Notes under the pieces: model-generated
The model's input: only the letters and a program-made list of their open reading frames with translations
Told to the model about the DNA's origin: nothing
Databases searched by the model: none
Source: an uncultured Actinomycetes bacterium
GTDB taxonomy: Bacteria > Actinomycetota > Acidimicrobiia > IMCC26256 > PALSA-610
NCBI GenBank assembly: GCA_963745645.1
Contig: CAVUYD010000009.1
Location: 1,805 to 65,804 of the forward strand
Direction of reading: 5' to 3'
Length of the DNA stretch: 64,000 bases
Made by a program: the position numbers and the translations under genes
In this document: positions 11,137 to 22,791 of the stretch, piece after piece
Numbering within the stretch: position 1 is the first letter of the stretch
Layout of the letters: each line of letters opens with the position of its first letter

Positions 11137-12562
11137 ATGACGCACCGGCCCCGCGCCGAGGCATGCATCGGCGCGGTGTTCGTCGCGCTCGTGCTCGGCT
11201 ACGGGATCTGGATCGCGTTCGCGGCCACCGGGCCGGTCGGTCCGCGCGTGGGCTTCGGCCCCGATTCCGCGACCTACGTCGCCGCGGCCCGACACCCACT
11301 CTGGACGACGGACTTCCTCGCGGGCCCCGCACCGTTCGTGTTCCTGCTCGTCCTGAAGTTGTGCGCGCGCAACTTCCGGGCGCTCGTGCTGGCCCAGAGC
11401 GCGGCCTCGGCCGCATCCTGGCTCTACCTGGCGGCCACGGTGCGCGCGTCCATGCGGACGCGCGCCGCGCAACTCGCCGGCTTCAGCGGCCTGCTGCTCG
11501 TCGGCTGTTCACCCCGGGTCATCGAATGGAACGTGTTCGTCGCGACCGAGAGCATCTCGGTCACGTTGTCGTGTGCGGCGATCGCGCTCGGTCTCCGGCT
11601 CGCCCTCGGCGCACGCGGCCGAACGTTCGCATGCTTCCTGGTCACCCTGGTCGCGCTCGGATTCACGCGCGACACCAACGCGCTGACGCTCCTTCCCGTC
11701 GCCGCGCTCGTGATCGCCGGCGCGCTCGTGCACTGGATCTCCTGGCGCGGCGCGCTCCTCACGACGGGGGTGGCCGTGATCACCGCCGCCGTCGCGATGT
11801 CACTCTCGACCCGGGCGGACCGCCCCGCGTTGGTTCTGGCCGGTCACCAACATCAGCGTGCTGCGCCTCGTCGGCGACGACACGGCGGAGCCCTACCTCG
11901 TCACCCACGACTTCCCGCTCGACCGCAACGTCCGAGCGCTGCACGACAATTTCGCGTTCATGCACGACCAGTTGAACGGCGGCGTCGCTTTCCGGCCGCT
12001 CCGGGCGTGGGTCCGCACCGATGGGAGAAGCGCGTATACCGGCTTCCTCGTGACCCACCCGGCGTGGACGCTCGCGCGTCCTCTCGACGACACCGGCCCG
12101 ATTCTCACGCCCGCAGTCCAGGGCTACTCGCGTGTCATCTTCCACAACGGGCCACCCGATCCGTACGGATGGCTCGGCTCGATCGGCTGGCCCGGCTCGC
12201 GCCTCGTCGCCGAGATCTGGCTCGCGGCCGCCGCCGCTGTCATCGTCGTGGTTGGAGTGCGCCGCCCCGATCGCCGACCCTTCGTGTGCGCGCTCGGGTT
12301 CCTGGGTGTCATCGCGATCGCGGGCTACTACGCCGCCTTCCACGGCGACGCCCTCGAAGTGCCCCGCCACGCCCTCACCTCGGCTGTTGCCCTTCGCATC
12401 GTCGCCTGGACCGCGTTCGCGCTCGCGATCGACGAATTCGGCCCGGCGTCAGTAGGACCGGCGTCAGTAGTAGAGGCGGTAGATCCCCACGAGGACGAGC
12501 GCGAGGATCACGGCTTCCGTCCCAACGATGAGGCGGCCGGTGCGCAGCACGCGCGCGGGTGA
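11137..12562 (+). CDS. Multi-pass membrane protein, probable GT-C; frameshift near 11825
   Basis: PDSATY..ATESIS..FTRDTN motifs and many TM helices across ORFs 11137 and 11858. Confidence 0.6.
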
Positions 12563-13862
12563 CGTGTTGTCCGCGCTCGGTATCGCGGGGATCGCAGCGA
12601 GCACGAGCAGCGCGACGAGCGGGGAGAGGTAGCGGCCCTGGAACTCGTCGATGCGCGGCGCGCCGACGGCGTTCCAACCCGCGTATGCGAGCAGGAACAA
12701 CGCGACGAAGAGCACGACGATCAGGACGGTCGCGACGATCGACGTCGCGCGCGCCATGGGTTGGCGGCGGCCGTCGACTGCGAGTGCGAGCGCGAGGAGG
12801 ATCGCGACCAGAAGGACGAGCAGCCACGGCGTGTTCCAGCCGCCGACCTGGCCGAGCGCGTCGCGTGCGTAGTCGAAGCCGTGCTTGCCCAGTGAGTTGC
12901 CGATCGCCTGGAAGAAGTCGAAGGGGTGGGAGCGGACGAAGTGGAGCTGCTTCGTCGAGTCGACGTCGTGGTAGGCGTACGACGCGCCGCTGGTGATGCC
13001 CTTGGTCGGCGCGGTGTAGTGATCCTGCGCCCACTTGCTCCACAGGCCACCGAGCACGACCGCGATGCCGGCACCGGTCGCCAGGATGGCGGCGACTTTG
13101 CCGCGGTGCTTCCACGCCGGGAGGAGCAGGAACGCGACGACGAGGATGTACGGCTGCTTGCAGAGCGCGAGCGCGATGGTGACGGCTCCGGTCTCGACGA
13201 GGAGCCGGGTCGGGATCCTGTCGGTGGGAAGTGACGCGAGGTGGAGCGCGTCCGCGACGAGGAGGATCGCGAGGCCCACTGTGACGGTGTCGGCGGTGAC
13301 GGTGGCGGCCTGGAAGATCACGATCGGTGCGAGGCCGAGCGTCGTCAGTACCCACTTCCGCTTCGGGAGGCGGCGGATCGCGAGCGCGATCGAGCGCGAT
13401 GTACGCGGCGAGGCCGGCGAGGCGCGCGAGCAGCAGGCAAGCGAGCGTGGAGAGGTGGAGGGCGCGGCCGATGTCGATCGCGATCGCGCTCGGGAGGTAG
13501 GGCACGGGGGAGTACACCGCGGCCGACGGGTAGGCGATGAACAGGTGCCGGCCGCGTGGCGTGTCGTCGTTGAGGTGCGACAGCAGGTCGGGCAGGCTCG
13601 CCCGGCCGTCGGGTGCGAACACGCCGGTCTGGATCAGCTCGATGATGTCGGTACGGAGCTCACGCGGGAACCGGCCTCCGAGTCCCTCCGTGTTTTGCTG
13701 GTCCTCCACTGAACGGATGCGGCCGTCGCCGATCTGCCAGGCGCGGAGGAAATGGAGCGGTTCGTCGTAGCCCGCGAACGGCGGCAGGACGATCGCGAAC
13801 AGCGTGCCGAGCACGGCTGCGACGACGACGAACCAACGAACGGGACCCCACTGTCGAGGCAC
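12464..13862 (-). CDS. DUF2142-like membrane protein (putative GT-C); frameshift near 13395
   Basis: PPFAGYDEPLHFLRAWQ, YSPVPYLPSAI, ALCKQPY, FQGRYLSP. Confidence 0.8.
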
Positions 13863-13884
13863 GCGAAACGGTAGCCTCTGCACC

Positions 13885-14662
13885 ATGACGGACCGCGCGA
13901 TGGAGCAGCGCGCGCCCAACCCTCGAGGTGCGCGCGGACCTGCATCGACGCTGGTCATCATCCCGGCGTTCAACGAAGAGGACGCACTGCCGGGCACGCT
14001 CTCCGAACTGATGTCGTTGCGTCCGGACCTCGACGTCGTCGTCGTCTCCGACGGCTCCGTCGACAAGACGGCCGAGCTCGCGCGCGCGGCCGGCGCCGCG
14101 ATCGTCGAGCTCCCGTTCAATCTCGGCATCGGCGGCGCGCTGCAGACTGGCTTCCGCTACGCGGTCCGGCACGGGTACACGCGCGGCATCCAGTTCGACG
14201 CCGACGGCCAGCACGACCCGCGCGAGATCGCGGCACTCGAGGGCGCGCTCGACGACGGCGCCGAGCTGGTGATCGGCAGCCGGTTCGGTGAGGGCACCGT
14301 CGAATACCGCGTCGGGCCGATCCGGCGGTCGGCGATGCACCTGCTCCGCTTCGCCGTGAACACGATGTCGGGGCAGAAGTTCACCGACACGTCGTCGGGA
14401 TTCCGCGCGTTCGACCGCGCCGATCCTGCAGTACTTCGCCGAGGCCTACCCGGTGGAGTTCATGGACTCCACCGAAGCGCTCCTGCTCGCGTGCAAGACC
14501 GGATACCGCGTGGTGGAGGTGCCCACACGCATCCGGAAGCGCGCAGGCCGGGACACGCGTCCACCCGTCACGTGCGGCTCGTGTACCACTACATGCGGCT
14601 GCTCGTCGTCATGCTGAGTCAGGTGTCGCGCCGCGCCACGCGGCCGGGAGGTGTCATCGTGA
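13885..14662 (+). CDS. GT2 glycosyltransferase (DPM/DPG-synthase-like); frameshifted
   Basis: IIPAFNEE, VVSDGSVD, NLGIGGALQTG, QFDADGQHDP, IGSRF, TDTSSGFRA. Confidence 0.9.
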
Positions 14663-15063
14663 TCCTGGGAGCCGATCCGGAGCCGATCTCGTTCGGACTG
14701 AGCACGCGCGCGCACGTCGTCGTCATCGGCGTCGTCGTCATCGGCGCGTGGTTCCTCATGCGCATGCTGCGACGCCGCCAGTTGCGCGGCAAGTACACGC
14801 TGCTGTGGATGTTCGTCGGCCTCGCGGTGCTCGTGCTCGCTGCGTTCCCGGGCCTGCTCGACCGGGCCGCCCGCTGGCTGCGCGTCTACGACTCGCCGAA
14901 CCTGCTGTTCCTGCTCGCGATCGCGTTCCTGCTGCTCGTGTGCGTGTACTTCTCGTGGGAGCTGTCACGGCTCGAGGAGCGCAGCCGCATCCTCGCCGAG
15001 GAGCTCGCGCTGCTGCGCAGCGAGTCAGTCGAGGCCGGCCAGGCGCCGGGCGAGGGCGATTGA
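14659..15063 (+). CDS. DUF2304 family membrane protein
   Basis: RRRQLRGKYTLLW..FPGLLD..PNLLF..ELSRLEERSRILAEELALL. GGAGG RBS. Usual partner of this GT2 type. Confidence 0.8.
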   Translation: MILGADPEPISFGLSTRAHVVVIGVVVIGAWFLMRMLRRRQLRGKYTLLWMFVGLAVLVLAAFPGLLDRAARWLRVYDSPNLLFLLAIAFLLLVCVYFSWELSRLEERSRILAEELALLRSESVEAGQAPGEGD

Positions 15064-16449
15064 GCGGGTCGCGTCGTAGGCGCGGAAGATCTGCATCTTC
15101 TCGGCTTCGATCGAACCTTCGGCGTGTACGGCGAGCACGGCGTGGTAGCCGCCGAAGTCGCGCACGGTGAGATCGGAGATCAGGTTGATCATCGCGAGCC
15201 GTTCGGCCGCGGGCGCCGCGGCCGCGAAGTACTTCTCGAGCACCGGGCGCACCTCGGGGCTGTCCCAGTCGTCGCCGCCGGGGCCGGTGACGAGGAGACC
15301 GCCCGCGCAGTCCTGCACCGATGCGCATCGCTTCCGTGGAAGCCGGTCGCGAACGTGTACTTCGCGATGTTGGTGGTCGCGGAGTCGGGGCGGCAGAAGC
15401 CGTCGTCGCCGACGCTTGCCCGCGTCGGGCCGCGGCTTCGCACAACGTGCGCACGGTCTCCGCAGTAGATCACGAGCTGCGTGAGCTTGTCCTGATGTGG
15501 CCGGCGCGGATGCACGCCGTTCATCTCGCGCGACCTCGGCCGCCGCGCCCGACGAGCGCGTCGAGCAACGGGAGCTTGTACGACACGGCGGTGAAGCGGT
15601 GGTACTCGACGAACGCCAGTCGCGATCGGGCCGGCGAGCTCGGGCCGGCGGAAGCAGAACACGCGGTCCCACGGCACGAAGACGTCGTCGAAGACGGTCA
15701 GCGTCTCGAGCATCTTGTGCTTCGACGAGACCGGGTACTCCCACGGGTGCGTCGCGCCGGCCGAGTACGGCGATACGTACATCGACAGTCCCGGCGTGTT
15801 CGGCGGCGACCGCGAACGCCGACCGCGAAGTCGGCATCTTCGGGCCTTCATCGCGCGGGTGGGGAGCACGAGCATCTCGTTGCAGTTCGGTGTCAGCGAC
15901 GTGTGCATCTTGGCGCCCCGCACGACGATGCCTTCGTCGCTCTCGTCGACCACGTGCACGTGCATGTCGGGGTCGGCCTGCTCGTGTGGGGCCTTGCTGC
16001 GGTCGCCCTTCACGTCGGTCTGCGCGACCGCGACGGCGAGGTCGTCGGCGCGGCAGTGCTCGTAGAAGGCCATCAGCCGTTCGAGCTCGACGCCCTGCAG
16101 CACCGTCTGCAGCGCGAACAACGCGTCGGTGCCGACATCCTTGATCGAGATCAGCGTGCCGCCGAGCGCGGTGGTCAGTCTCGACGAGCCGCATGCGGCG
16201 AGCAGGTCATCGGTACAGCGGGGGATCCGGTAGTAGGCGCTGTACTCCTCGCCGGTGTCGGCGTCGACGGTGACCGCGAGTGTCGCGGTACGCGGGATCG
16301 TGACCGATCTCGAAGTCGACGGCGGAGTGGTCGACCGCGACGCGCAGGTCGGGTTCGCTCAGCGCATCGTCGATGCGCTTGCCCCGGTACCAGAGGACGC
16401 GACCGTCCCGGAGCGATTCGCGGTACTCGTCGGCGGTGCGCAGGCCCAT
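15025..16449 (-). CDS. 4-hydroxyphenylacetate 3-hydroxylase / 4-hydroxybutyryl-CoA dehydratase family protein; frameshifted
   Basis: MGLRTADEYRESLRDGR, AQTDVKGDRS, GIVVRGAKMH, FDDVFVPWDRVF, HAEGSIEAEK. Confidence 0.8.
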
Positions 16450-16486
16450 CGGGCAACCTTCGCGCACGGATGCAGCCGTCTCAATC

Positions 16487-16500
16487 TGACGGCACCGTCA
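16487..16500. promoter_or_regulatory. TGAC-N6-GTCA palindrome (site 1)
   Basis: AATC-TGACGGCACCGTCA, about 40 bp upstream of the HpaB-family start. Confidence 0.55.
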
Positions 16501-17320
16501 CAGAGTCGCGATGCGTTCGACCAGCGGCGACGCGGTGCCGACGGTCGAACAGCCGGCCGATGCGATCGAACATGCGGCGCCGGTTCAGCCACAGCAACCG
16601 CGACTTGCCGTGCGCCGAGGCCGGGCCGCAGCGACGAACGGCTCGTCGGGATCGAAGTCGTACGGGTGGCAGTACGTCCACAGCACCTCGTCGGGCCGCG
16701 ACGTGGCGCATGCCGTACCGCACGGCCGACCACGGCAGCACGCGGAAGTACACGCCACCCAGATAGGGATTGGCGAGGTACGGATGGGTGCCCGGGCCGA
16801 CCTGCGTCACCGGGCAGGGCAGCTCGAGCAGGCCCGAGGGCCAACGGGTCGGGACGCGCGGCCGGCCGGGCCAGCCGAACAGCGGGCTGCGCGCCGGCAG
16901 CACGCTCGACGAGTAACGGAATCCGAGCTCGGGCAAGATGTCGGTCGCCCACTCGGTGGACGGCACCAGCGAGAACGTTGGTGCGCGGAAGCCGGCGACC
17001 TCGGCGCCGACGAGGTCCTCGAGGAGCGCCTTGCCCCGCTTGCTGTCTCCTCGCGGAACTGGTCCGGGGTGAGACCGGTGAGCGGCTCGTGCCGGTAGGC
17101 GTGCAACGCGACCTCGTGCCCCGCCGCCGCGATCGTCGCGCACGAGCTCGGGTTCGTTCTCGGCGAGCTCGCCGACGACGAAGAACGTGCCGCGCACGCC
17201 GCGCCGCGCGAGGAAGGCGATGCAGCCGCGCGTGACGCCGGGCGCGCGCGGCGCGGTGCCGCCGGCGACGTAGTCCTCGACATCGAGCGTGAACGTGACG
17301 CGTCGCGACGTGCTCGCCAC
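16498..17320 (-). CDS. Polysaccharide deacetylase (DUF3473-type); frameshifted
   Basis: VTFTLDVEDY, RGTFFVVG, GHEVALHAYRH, GFRAPTFS, GFRYSSS, GGVYFR, YCHPYDFD. Confidence 0.85.
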
Positions 17321-18266
17321 TAGCCGAGACCCATCGATACGCGTCCATGTCGAGGAACTCGAACGTGTCGAGCCGGAACCGGTCAGGCGGAGCGCGGCGC
17401 TCGTCGAGCGATTTGCAGCACGACGTTCAGCGGCGACGGTTGGAGGCGCCGCGGTGGCTTCACGCCGCGTATGCGCACGTCCGCGTTGTAACCCGCGTAC
17501 ACGCAGATCGGCGTGCGCGTCGAAGCGGCAGGCGGCGGTCACGAACGGCGCGCCGTCAACCGGCAGCGGCGCGCCCGGCCGCGGGAAGACCTTGAGCAGC
17601 ACCGCCGCCGGGATCCCACCCGGCGCCCGCTGCGCGAGCACGCTCACCGCGATCGCGTCGGGGCGCCACGTGGAAGCACGTAGTCCGCCCCGGGCCGCGC
17701 CAGCCGCCAGCGCAGGAACGTCGGGTGTCCACGACTGCACCCAGCCGGTCACCGGTACCCAGTCGAGGTCGGCCGCCAGCGTCGTCGAACCACGGTGCTC
17801 GCGAGGAAGGCGGCGTCGACGGGCCGCGATTCGACCGACCGGGCGCGACCCGTGGGCAGGCACACCCGGACCGGCATCGGCCCGAGCATGCACCACCCGA
17901 ACCGCTCGACCACCACGATCGTCGACGTCGTCGTTGCCGACGCCGATCATGCCCGGGCGCGCCGGTGTGCGCGGGCCCGCTCGTAGATCCTTCTCGGCCA
18001 TCTCGCGGAACAAGCCGCCACGTCGGACGGTCGGGCTGGTCGCGACGTTGATCGAGAAGATGAACGGTGTCGGCCCCGACGTGGTCCGGTACACGCGTCG
18101 GGATCACGGCGTAGTCGCGCGATGCGGCGGCCGTCTTCGTCGTCCTCGTTCTCGTCGATCGCCTCGCCGCGCGGATTGTCGCGGTAGAACCACGGGAGGT
18201 ACACCGCGATCCGCGAAGCGCACGTCGCCGGCGAGGAGTTGCGAGGGTCGCGTCGTACGACTGCAT
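17321..18266 (-). CDS. GNAT family N-acetyltransferase-like protein; heavily frameshifted
   Basis: YLPWFYRDNPRG..NVATSPTVRRGGLF..GVGND acetyl-CoA-binding pattern. Ends near FEFLDMDAY. Confidence 0.6.
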
Positions 18267-18274
18267 GGGATCGA

Positions 18275-19763
18275 TCACCCTACACGACCGTCGCAACCGG
18301 CTCCGGCGGCGGCACGGACTCGGACCTCGTCATCGCGGGGTGCGGCGCGCGGCGGACGGAGCCGGCGGGCGATCCAGACGATCGCACCCGAGGCGAGCAC
18401 CGGCAGCAGCACGTCCACGGGCACGCGGTACCTGGTGATGCCGAAGGTCGCGGCCGCAGTGATGGTGATCGACGCCGCGATGGCGAGGAAGGGGAGGATC
18501 GGCACTCGCCGCCGGCGCAGGATGACGAGCCCGCCGATGCTCAGCGCGAGAAGGGGGAAGTACTCGTACGTCGCGAGGCGTGACTGCCAGAGGCCGCGGC
18601 CCTCCACCCACACGTTGAACGGGTCGATGTTCTGCGCGGGCCGGTAGAGATCCCACATGCGCAGGACGCGCAGCGTCACCACCTTGGGCATCTCCTTCGA
18701 GTGGCGATCGATCTCACCCCTGCCGACCGCCCGCCATGCGACCTCGTGCGTCGACTCGTCGCCGAACCACGCGAAGTCGGTGCCGGGGATCAGGCCCAGC
18801 TGCTCCTTCAGCTCCTGCCGCGCCACGCCGGTGAAGAGAACTCGTCCAGCTTCTGGTCGAGGTCGTACGCGCAGCTGATGCTCCAGTAGCCCGCGTACGT
18901 CCCCTTGTACGTGCTGATGAGCTCACCGGTTTGCGGGTCGGTGTAGTCGCAGTTGGCGACCATCAGGACGCTGCCGATGCCGTTCGACATCGCGACGGGA
19001 TGGTCGAAGCGGGTCGCGTTGTACAGGATCCACGGCGCGAGCACGATCCCACCGATCGCGCACGACGAACGCGAGCTCGAGCCAGCGCGGGCCAGCTCCG
19101 TTCCCGCCGCAAGAGCGCGAACGGGATCGCGAGCAGGGGGAAGAGCACCAGCGCCTCGGCGCGACTCGAGCGCGGCCAGCGCGATCGCCGCACCCATCGA
19201 GCCGCGGCGGTGCGCACCGAGGGCTTGTCCCAGAACTTGTACGCGCACCACACCACGATCGCGGTCGTGAGCACGTACATGCTCTCCGACATGAGCATCT
19301 CGTCGTTGATCCACAAATGCGCATAGGCACCGGCAAGGATCGCGGCGATCCATCCGGCCCAATCGCTCGCGAAGATGCGCCGCACGCGAGCAGCCCGAGC
19401 ATGAAGACCGCGCCCGCGCCGAGCAGCGTCGACGCGAGCCGGTGGGCCGTCTCGCTCGTGCCGATGAACTTCGACACCGCCGCCAGGTAGAGGAGATAGG
19501 CGGGCGGGTGGCCCACGCTCGGCGTCACCCGCCCGAACAGGCGCCACTGGGTCGGGTCGATGAACCAGTGCCCGTCCGCGATGTCGTTCGCCTGCCAGTG
19601 GTAGTACGCGGCATCGCCGTTGAGGCGCAGCCGGTGCACGTTCATCAGGACGTACACGAACGCGCCAGGCGAGCGCGAGCAACGTGATCAGGACGAGGCC
19701 CGCGTAGAAACGGGGAATGGAGAAGCGTCCGATCGCGAAACGTCGATCGGCCGGCCGCGTCAT
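18275..19763 (-). CDS. GT-C fold glycosyltransferase (ArnT/family 39-like), paralogue of the 6237 gene; frameshifted
   Basis: GDAAYYH..GHPPAY..WINDEMLMSE..SRAE..PWILYN..FGITRYRVPVD. Confidence 0.8.
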
Positions 19764-19806
19764 TGCGCGGACGCTACCACCCGCGTTTTCGCAGACCGCG
19801 GCGCGT

Positions 19807-20596
19807 TCAGGCCCAGGCGTTGTCGGCCGAACGCATCGCCGCCCGGTTGCGCCGCCCACGCGGGAGCACCCGGTCGCGGATGCCCCACCACGTAACACGG
19901 GTGATGGCTTCGCCGACGATGCGCAGCGACATCTTCGACGTTCCCCGCACCCGATCGGTGAAGCAGATGGGGACCTCTTCGATGTGGCCGCCGATGCACG
20001 CGACGCGGTACGCCATCTCGACCTGGAAGCCGTAGCCGCTCGAACGCGCGGTGGAGAAGTCGATCCGGCGCAGCGTCGTGGCGCGGAACGCGCGGTAGCC
20101 CGCGGTTGCGTCGTGTACGTCGAGCCCGAGGGCCCAGGCTGCGTAGCGGTTGCCCGCCTTCGAGAGCAGCAGCCGTTCCCGCGGCCAGTGCGGCACGCTG
20201 CCGCCGGCGACGTACCGCGAACCGATCGCGAGGTCGGCACCGTTCTCGATGGCGGCGCAGCAACCGCGGGATGTCGGCCGGGTCGTGCGAGAGGTCGGCG
20301 TCGATCTCGATCATCACGTCGTAGCCGCGGGCCAGTCCGGCCGCGAAGCCTTCGCGGTACGCGCTCCCGAGCCCCATCTTCTGGGGCCGGCGCAGCACGT
20401 GGATCCCGCCGATCTCGGCCGCGAGGGCTTCCGCCTTCTCGGCGGTGCCGTCCGAGCTGTTGTCGTCCACGACGACGATGGTCGCGTCGGGCACGGCATC
20501 GCGGACGCGCCGCACGATGAGGTCGATGTTCTCGGCCTCTTGGTACGTCGGGATGGTGATCCAGGTCTTCACGTCGGGGACCCCCGGTTCAGCCAC
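19807..20596 (-). CDS. ppm1: Polyprenol monophosphomannose synthase; frameshift near 20250
   Basis: IPTYQEAENI, VVDDNSSDGT, GLGSAYREGF, EIDADLSHDP, DATAGYRAF, GYGFQVEM, FTDRVRGTSKMS. Confidence 0.85.
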
Positions 20597-21401
20597 ACGC
20601 TCGAGCCGGTATCCGCGGCCCGCGAGCGATCGCGAAGAGCACTGGTGTTGTCGGCAGAATGTGGCTCGTCATGAAGAGATGCGCTCTCGTCGATCCCGGA
20701 TCCGACCCCGGACGTGCCGCGAGCCGAGCATGCGGTACACGACCGGCAACGCCTTCTCGTACGTCCACACGTAGGCCCGGCGGGGGATGTGGTGCCGCAG
20801 CCCGAGCGAATCGAGGCGCAGGATGCGCTCGCCGCTCGCGCGCCGGCCCGCGAAGTCGGCGCTGCAGCACGTCGTCGCCTTCGAGCCCCAGGCACTCGAC
20901 CTCTTCGAAGAACAGCTGCAGCATCGACGCGAGCTGTGCGGGCTCGAACAGGTAGACGTGGAAGGGGTTCTCGAAGTCGGCGGGCGCGTTCGGGGTGATC
21001 ACGAACGCCGGTGCCGTCGGGCCGCAGCACGCGGGCGAGCTCGGCGACGTGCAGCACCGGGTTCGTGAAGTGCTCGATGATGTGCGACGAGCACGACCGC
21101 GTCGACGGAGCCGTCGCGCACGCCGAGCGCGGCGCCGTCCATGCCCGCGAACCGCAGGCCCGGATCGGTCGCGGCGTGCGACCGGTCTCGAGACGGTCGT
21201 CGCGCGCTGTAGTCGACGCCGATGACGAGGCGGTCGGCCGCGGTGAGCTTCGCGGTCTCGTCGCCGACACCGCACCCGACGTCGAGCACGACGCCGGGCC
21301 CGAGGCGCGCCGACGACCTCGCGGTACCCGGCGTCGTGCAGCGCCAGGAGCGAGTCGGGGGTCGCGCCCTCCATCGGGCGCTCGCCGGTGAGCTTGGCCA
21401 C
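20589..21401 (-). CDS. Class I SAM-dependent methyltransferase; frameshifted
   Basis: LTGERP, LDVGCGVG, SSHIIEHF, ITPN, ENPFHV. Confidence 0.85.
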   Translation of the reverse strand: MAKLTGERPMEGATPDSLLALHDAGYREVVGAPRARRRARRRVRCRRRDREAHRGRPPRHRRRLQRATTVSRPVARRDRSGPAVRGHGRRRARRARRLRRRGRARRTSSSTSRTRCCTSPSSPACCGPTAPAFVITPNAPADFENPFHVYLFEPAQLASMLQLFFEEVECLGLEGDDVLQRRLRGPARERRAHPAPRFARAAAPHPPPGLRVDVREGVAGRVPHARLAARPGSDPGSTRAHLFMTSHILPTTPVLFAIARGPRIPARACG

Positions 21402-21547
21402 GTGCCTCCTTCGAACCGGGCAGGAGCGTAGTTGCGTGCGTCCCGAGCGCGGGCCGACCCAGGAATAGCCGTCGCAAGACGTCAGAGTTTCACGGCCGTT
21501 TCACCCGAAGCCGCCCCGTCCCCGGAAACGAAGGCTGCGACACCTCT

Positions 21548-22791
21548 GTGATCGAACCGCACGGTGCCCACGAGCGCGTGAACCCCGGGATCTGGGTGCA
21601 GACGACAGCGACGTCGTCGCGAAGCTCGGCGACATCGCCGCCGACGCCGGGCTCCGCCGCGTCGCCATCCTCGCGTGGCGCGACCTCGACGATCCCGAGG
21701 CCGGCGGCTCCGAGGTGCACGCCGCGAACGTCGCCGCGCTCTGGGGACAGGCGGGCATCGAGGTGACGATGCGCACGTCGTACGCGCCCGGACACCCGCA
21801 GGTGAGCGTGGCGCGACGGCTACCGCGTCATCCGCAAGGCCGGGCCGCTACATGGTGTTCCCGCGTGCGGCGTTCAGCGAGATGATGGGCTGGCACGGCG
21901 CGAGCGACGGCCTGGTCGAGATCTGGAACGGCATGCCGTTCTTCTCGCCGGTGTGGGCGCGCCGGCCGACCGTCGCGTGGCTGCATCACGTGCACGACAC
22001 GATGTGGGAGATGACGCTGCCGCCGCGGTTGGCGCGTATCGGCCGCACGATCGAGTTCCGCATCGCGCCGCCGCTCTACCGGCGGGTCGCCGATCGTGAC
22101 GCTCTCGGAGTCGTCGAAGCACGAGCTCGTCGACCGGCTGCACTTCACGGCCGACGCGGGTCACCGTCGTGCCGCCCGGCATCGACCGCGCGTTCTCGCC
22201 GGGCGGGCCGAAGTCGCCCGACGCCGCTCGTCGTCGCCGTCGGCCGGCTCGTGCCGGTGAAGCGCTTCGACGTGCTCGTCGACGCGCTCGTCGGCGTGCA
22301 AGCCCGCGCATCCCGGAGCTGCGCGCGGTCATCGTCGGCGAGGGCTACGAGCGCGACGCGCTCGAGACGCAGATCGCGCGAGCTCGGCGCCGAGCGATGG
22401 ATCGCTCTGCCGGGCCACGTCGACGACGACGAGCTGGTCGACGCTGTACCGGCGGGCGTGGGTCGTCGCGAGCGCGTCCGCGCCACGAGGGCTGGGGCAT
22501 GACGATCACCGAGGCGGCGGCGTGCGGGACGCCGGCGGTGGCGACGCGCATCGCCGGGCCACGCCGACGCGGTCGTCGACGGCGACACCGGGTCTGCTCG
22601 CCGACGACGCGCGCGGGCTTCGCGGCTGCGCTCGACCGGGTGCTCTCCGACGACGCAGCTCCGCGACCGGCTCGGCACGGCCGCGCTCGAGCACGCGCGC
22701 GCAGCTCACGTGGGGCGCGACGGCACGCGGCACGCTCGAGGTGCTCGCCGCCGAGGCGCTGCGTCACCAGTCCGTCGTGAGCAGCATGTGA
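21548..22791 (+). CDS. GT4 glycosyltransferase; heavily frameshifted
   Basis: WRDLDDPEAGGSE, EIWNGMPFFSP, HHVH, VGRLVPVKRFD, EGWGMTITEAAACGTP. Confidence 0.85.

Noticed and set aside
12443..12470. 13-bp direct repeat CCGGCGTCAGTAG at a convergent gene overlap
   Set aside because: Two adjacent copies only, with no element between them, so it is most likely a local duplication.
13804..15063. Apparent GT2::DUF2304 fusion
   Set aside because: The ORF contains compensating frameshifts. GGAGG plus a GTGA overlap at 14659 indicates two coupled genes.
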